Assembly: GCA_019661865.1 (NCBI GenBank)
Contig: JAIFWJ010000003.1
Span: 15,441 to 79,440, forward strand
Source: Candidatus Parcubacteria bacterium
Lineage (GTDB): Bacteria; Patescibacteriota; Minisyncoccia; Phycocordibacterales; Zambryskibacteraceae
DNA length: 64,000 nucleotides
Direction of reading: 5' to 3'
Below the pieces are notes generated by a model. It saw only the letters and a program-made list of their open reading frames with translations, was not told the DNA's origin and ran no database searches. Made by a program: the position numbers and the translations under genes. This document shows, in pieces, positions 62,590 through 64,000 of this stretch (positions within the stretch are counted from its first letter, which is position 1; the number at the start of each line of letters is the position of its first letter).

Positions 62590-63378
62590 TTACACGATAG
62601 CAAGGGCTCGGCTTAAGATCTTCTCAGCCAGTCGGACATGGAGGTCTCTTCGGACCACAGTGATGAGAGTGAATTGTGATACTAGATGTTGATCCACCAG
62701 CTCATCTCGATTGTGGTGAGGATATTTGTGAGTGTATCCTACGGTGAGCGGATATACACCCTTCGCCCAAGTGGAAGGCGCAAGTCCCAGACTTCTCAAA
62801 GAACGAGAGATCGCATCATCCTGGAAGAGCTCAGTGAGCTTTTTCCTGCCCACTACAACGTCCTGTTCTTCTGGTCTGCCGGCGTGGTGACCTGTAACAG
62901 TTCCGAGCGTATTTCTTAGACCATTAATGATTCGAAAGTCTAAGAGATAAGCCACGTCGACATTCTTGGCCCAGTACTCGTTCAGTTCCTTGTCCTTACT
63001 CAGTCCGCGAAGCATGGAGACCTTGTTAGTGCGAGGACTGAAGCCTCTCGGTCTCTCTTCACCCTTATGGATAGAACGCCGACTTCTGTACGGGATCAAT
63101 GCATACAGAGTGTCACGAAGGTCCCTTGGTAGGTCCCACTCATAGCGTTCGATCTGACTCGTTCTAAGTCCGTGTGCGTTGCCATCACCTCTGGCTTTTA
63201 CTTCTACACGGATACCCAGCTCCCCCGAGTGGATATCACCGTAATCTGGTTGGCCTGGAGGCGAGAGTTCGCACCCAAGTGTAGCTGCCATGAGACGCTC
63301 GTAGAACGTGCCTGCCTTTCCCTGAATATTTTTGGCTCGCGATCGCAGCAAATTATACTCGGCGTGCGCATTAGCCAT
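62590..63378 (-). CDS. Putative PD-(D/E)XK restriction-endonuclease-like nuclease, stand-alone unit
   Basis: G.FYE helix, PDYGDI and VEVKAR motifs; GGGGGA SD; terminator at 62585-62608 overlaps the stop. Confidence 0.6.
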   Translation of the reverse strand: MANAHAEYNLLRSRAKNIQGKAGTFYERLMAATLGCELSPPGQPDYGDIHSGELGIRVEVKARGDGNAHGLRTSQIERYEWDLPRDLRDTLYALIPYRSRRSIHKGEERPRGFSPRTNKVSMLRGLSKDKELNEYWAKNVDVAYLLDFRIINGLRNTLGTVTGHHAGRPEEQDVVVGRKKLTELFQDDAISRSLRSLGLAPSTWAKGVYPLTVGYTHKYPHHNRDELVDQHLVSQFTLITVVRRDLHVRLAEKILSRALAIV

Positions 63379-63501
63379 AAATCCCCCAAAGATCAGTCTG
63401 GCGTGATTATAAGTTATGGGATAAGACACTTACCAGTGGACAATGGCACTCCGACACATATAATGCACTGAGACTACTTTGAACCTTAAAAAAGAGGATC
63501 T

Positions 63502-64000
63502 ATGGCCCAAGGACGCTATGTAGTAGACCATGAGCGCGCCGAGTGGGTCATAAAAACCCTCATCGACGCATGGAGGCAGAAGCTCCCTCCTTTCGACCAC
63601 GCCGTGCCTGTGCCCGAGTATCTTCCCAAGACTCTTGTGCCCGGAAGTGTGGAGCATGCGCTGTGGCTCATGGCAGGGTTGCCTTACATGAGAGGTCGGA
63701 TAGACAGCGCACAAGCTTATATCCGCCTTACTCACGTTTATGACCTTCACCCTTGGATGTTTGATCCAGAGACCTTCAGGCATTCAAGCATGAAGCATAT
63801 GAATGCTCGTGCCAAGATGCACAAGATCCTGAGAGAAAATGGTTTGGGATTTAATGTTCGAGAGACGATCAGGTTTTGGGATTTTAATTTCAAAAAACTT
63901 GCTCGCTTCTGGGATGGGAATCCCTTGAAGATCTTCAAGGAGGCAGGGGATTACGATGCGCTCTGTAAGCTTTTCATGGAAGGGAAGAAGGACCCCAATA
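63502..64000 (+). CDS. Partial ORF running off the window (missing from the ORF track); possible HhH-GPD / endonuclease III-like helical protein
   Basis: 166 open codons, MAQGRYVVDHERAEWV...YMRGRIDS...HPWMFDPE...FWDGNPLKIF; AGAGGA SD and TATAAT-N6-AGAC upstream; family assignment is tentative. Confidence 0.65.
   Translation, partial: MAQGRYVVDHERAEWVIKTLIDAWRQKLPPFDHAVPVPEYLPKTLVPGSVEHALWLMAGLPYMRGRIDSAQAYIRLTHVYDLHPWMFDPETFRHSSMKHMNARAKMHKILRENGLGFNVRETIRFWDFNFKKLARFWDGNPLKIFKEAGDYDALCKLFMEGKKDPN

Overview
A 64-kb chromosomal segment from a small-genome bacterium using genetic code 11. Gene content and compact proteins point to Patescibacteria/CPR (Parcubacteria-like); this is an inference. 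It is mostly core genes: a glycolysis/pentose-phosphate cluster, ribosomal proteins, RF1, EF-Ts, three aminoacyl-tRNA synthetases, gyrB, dnaE, rnhB, nusB, rnc, a short SMC, rnr, trmD, rpoB-rpoC-dnaG-rpoD, a helicase-nuclease, uppP, a truB-like gene, typA and tRNA-Thr(UGU). I found no CRISPR array, rRNA, integrase or transposase. The strongest unexplained structure is a two-tier gene architecture. Core genes start 6-8 nt after a -10 box with no Shine-Dalgarno (leaderless). About 11 orphan genes sit singly between core genes as self-contained units: -35/-10, then AG(A/T)(C/T) 6 nt after the -10, a strong SD, the ORF, and a terminator hairpin overlapping the stop codon. Other highlights are a GIY-YIG gene with tRNA-Thr and a second tRNA-Thr whose 5' arm is remodelled into CCGAC/GTCGG hairpins; an rnhB with no ATG/GTG/TTG start (probably ATT); a single-chain mitochondrial-type PheRS; a structured rpoB leader; and a divergent PD-(D/E)XK nuclease / putative glycosylase pair at the right edge. 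Promoter and start-site calls are read from sequence only.
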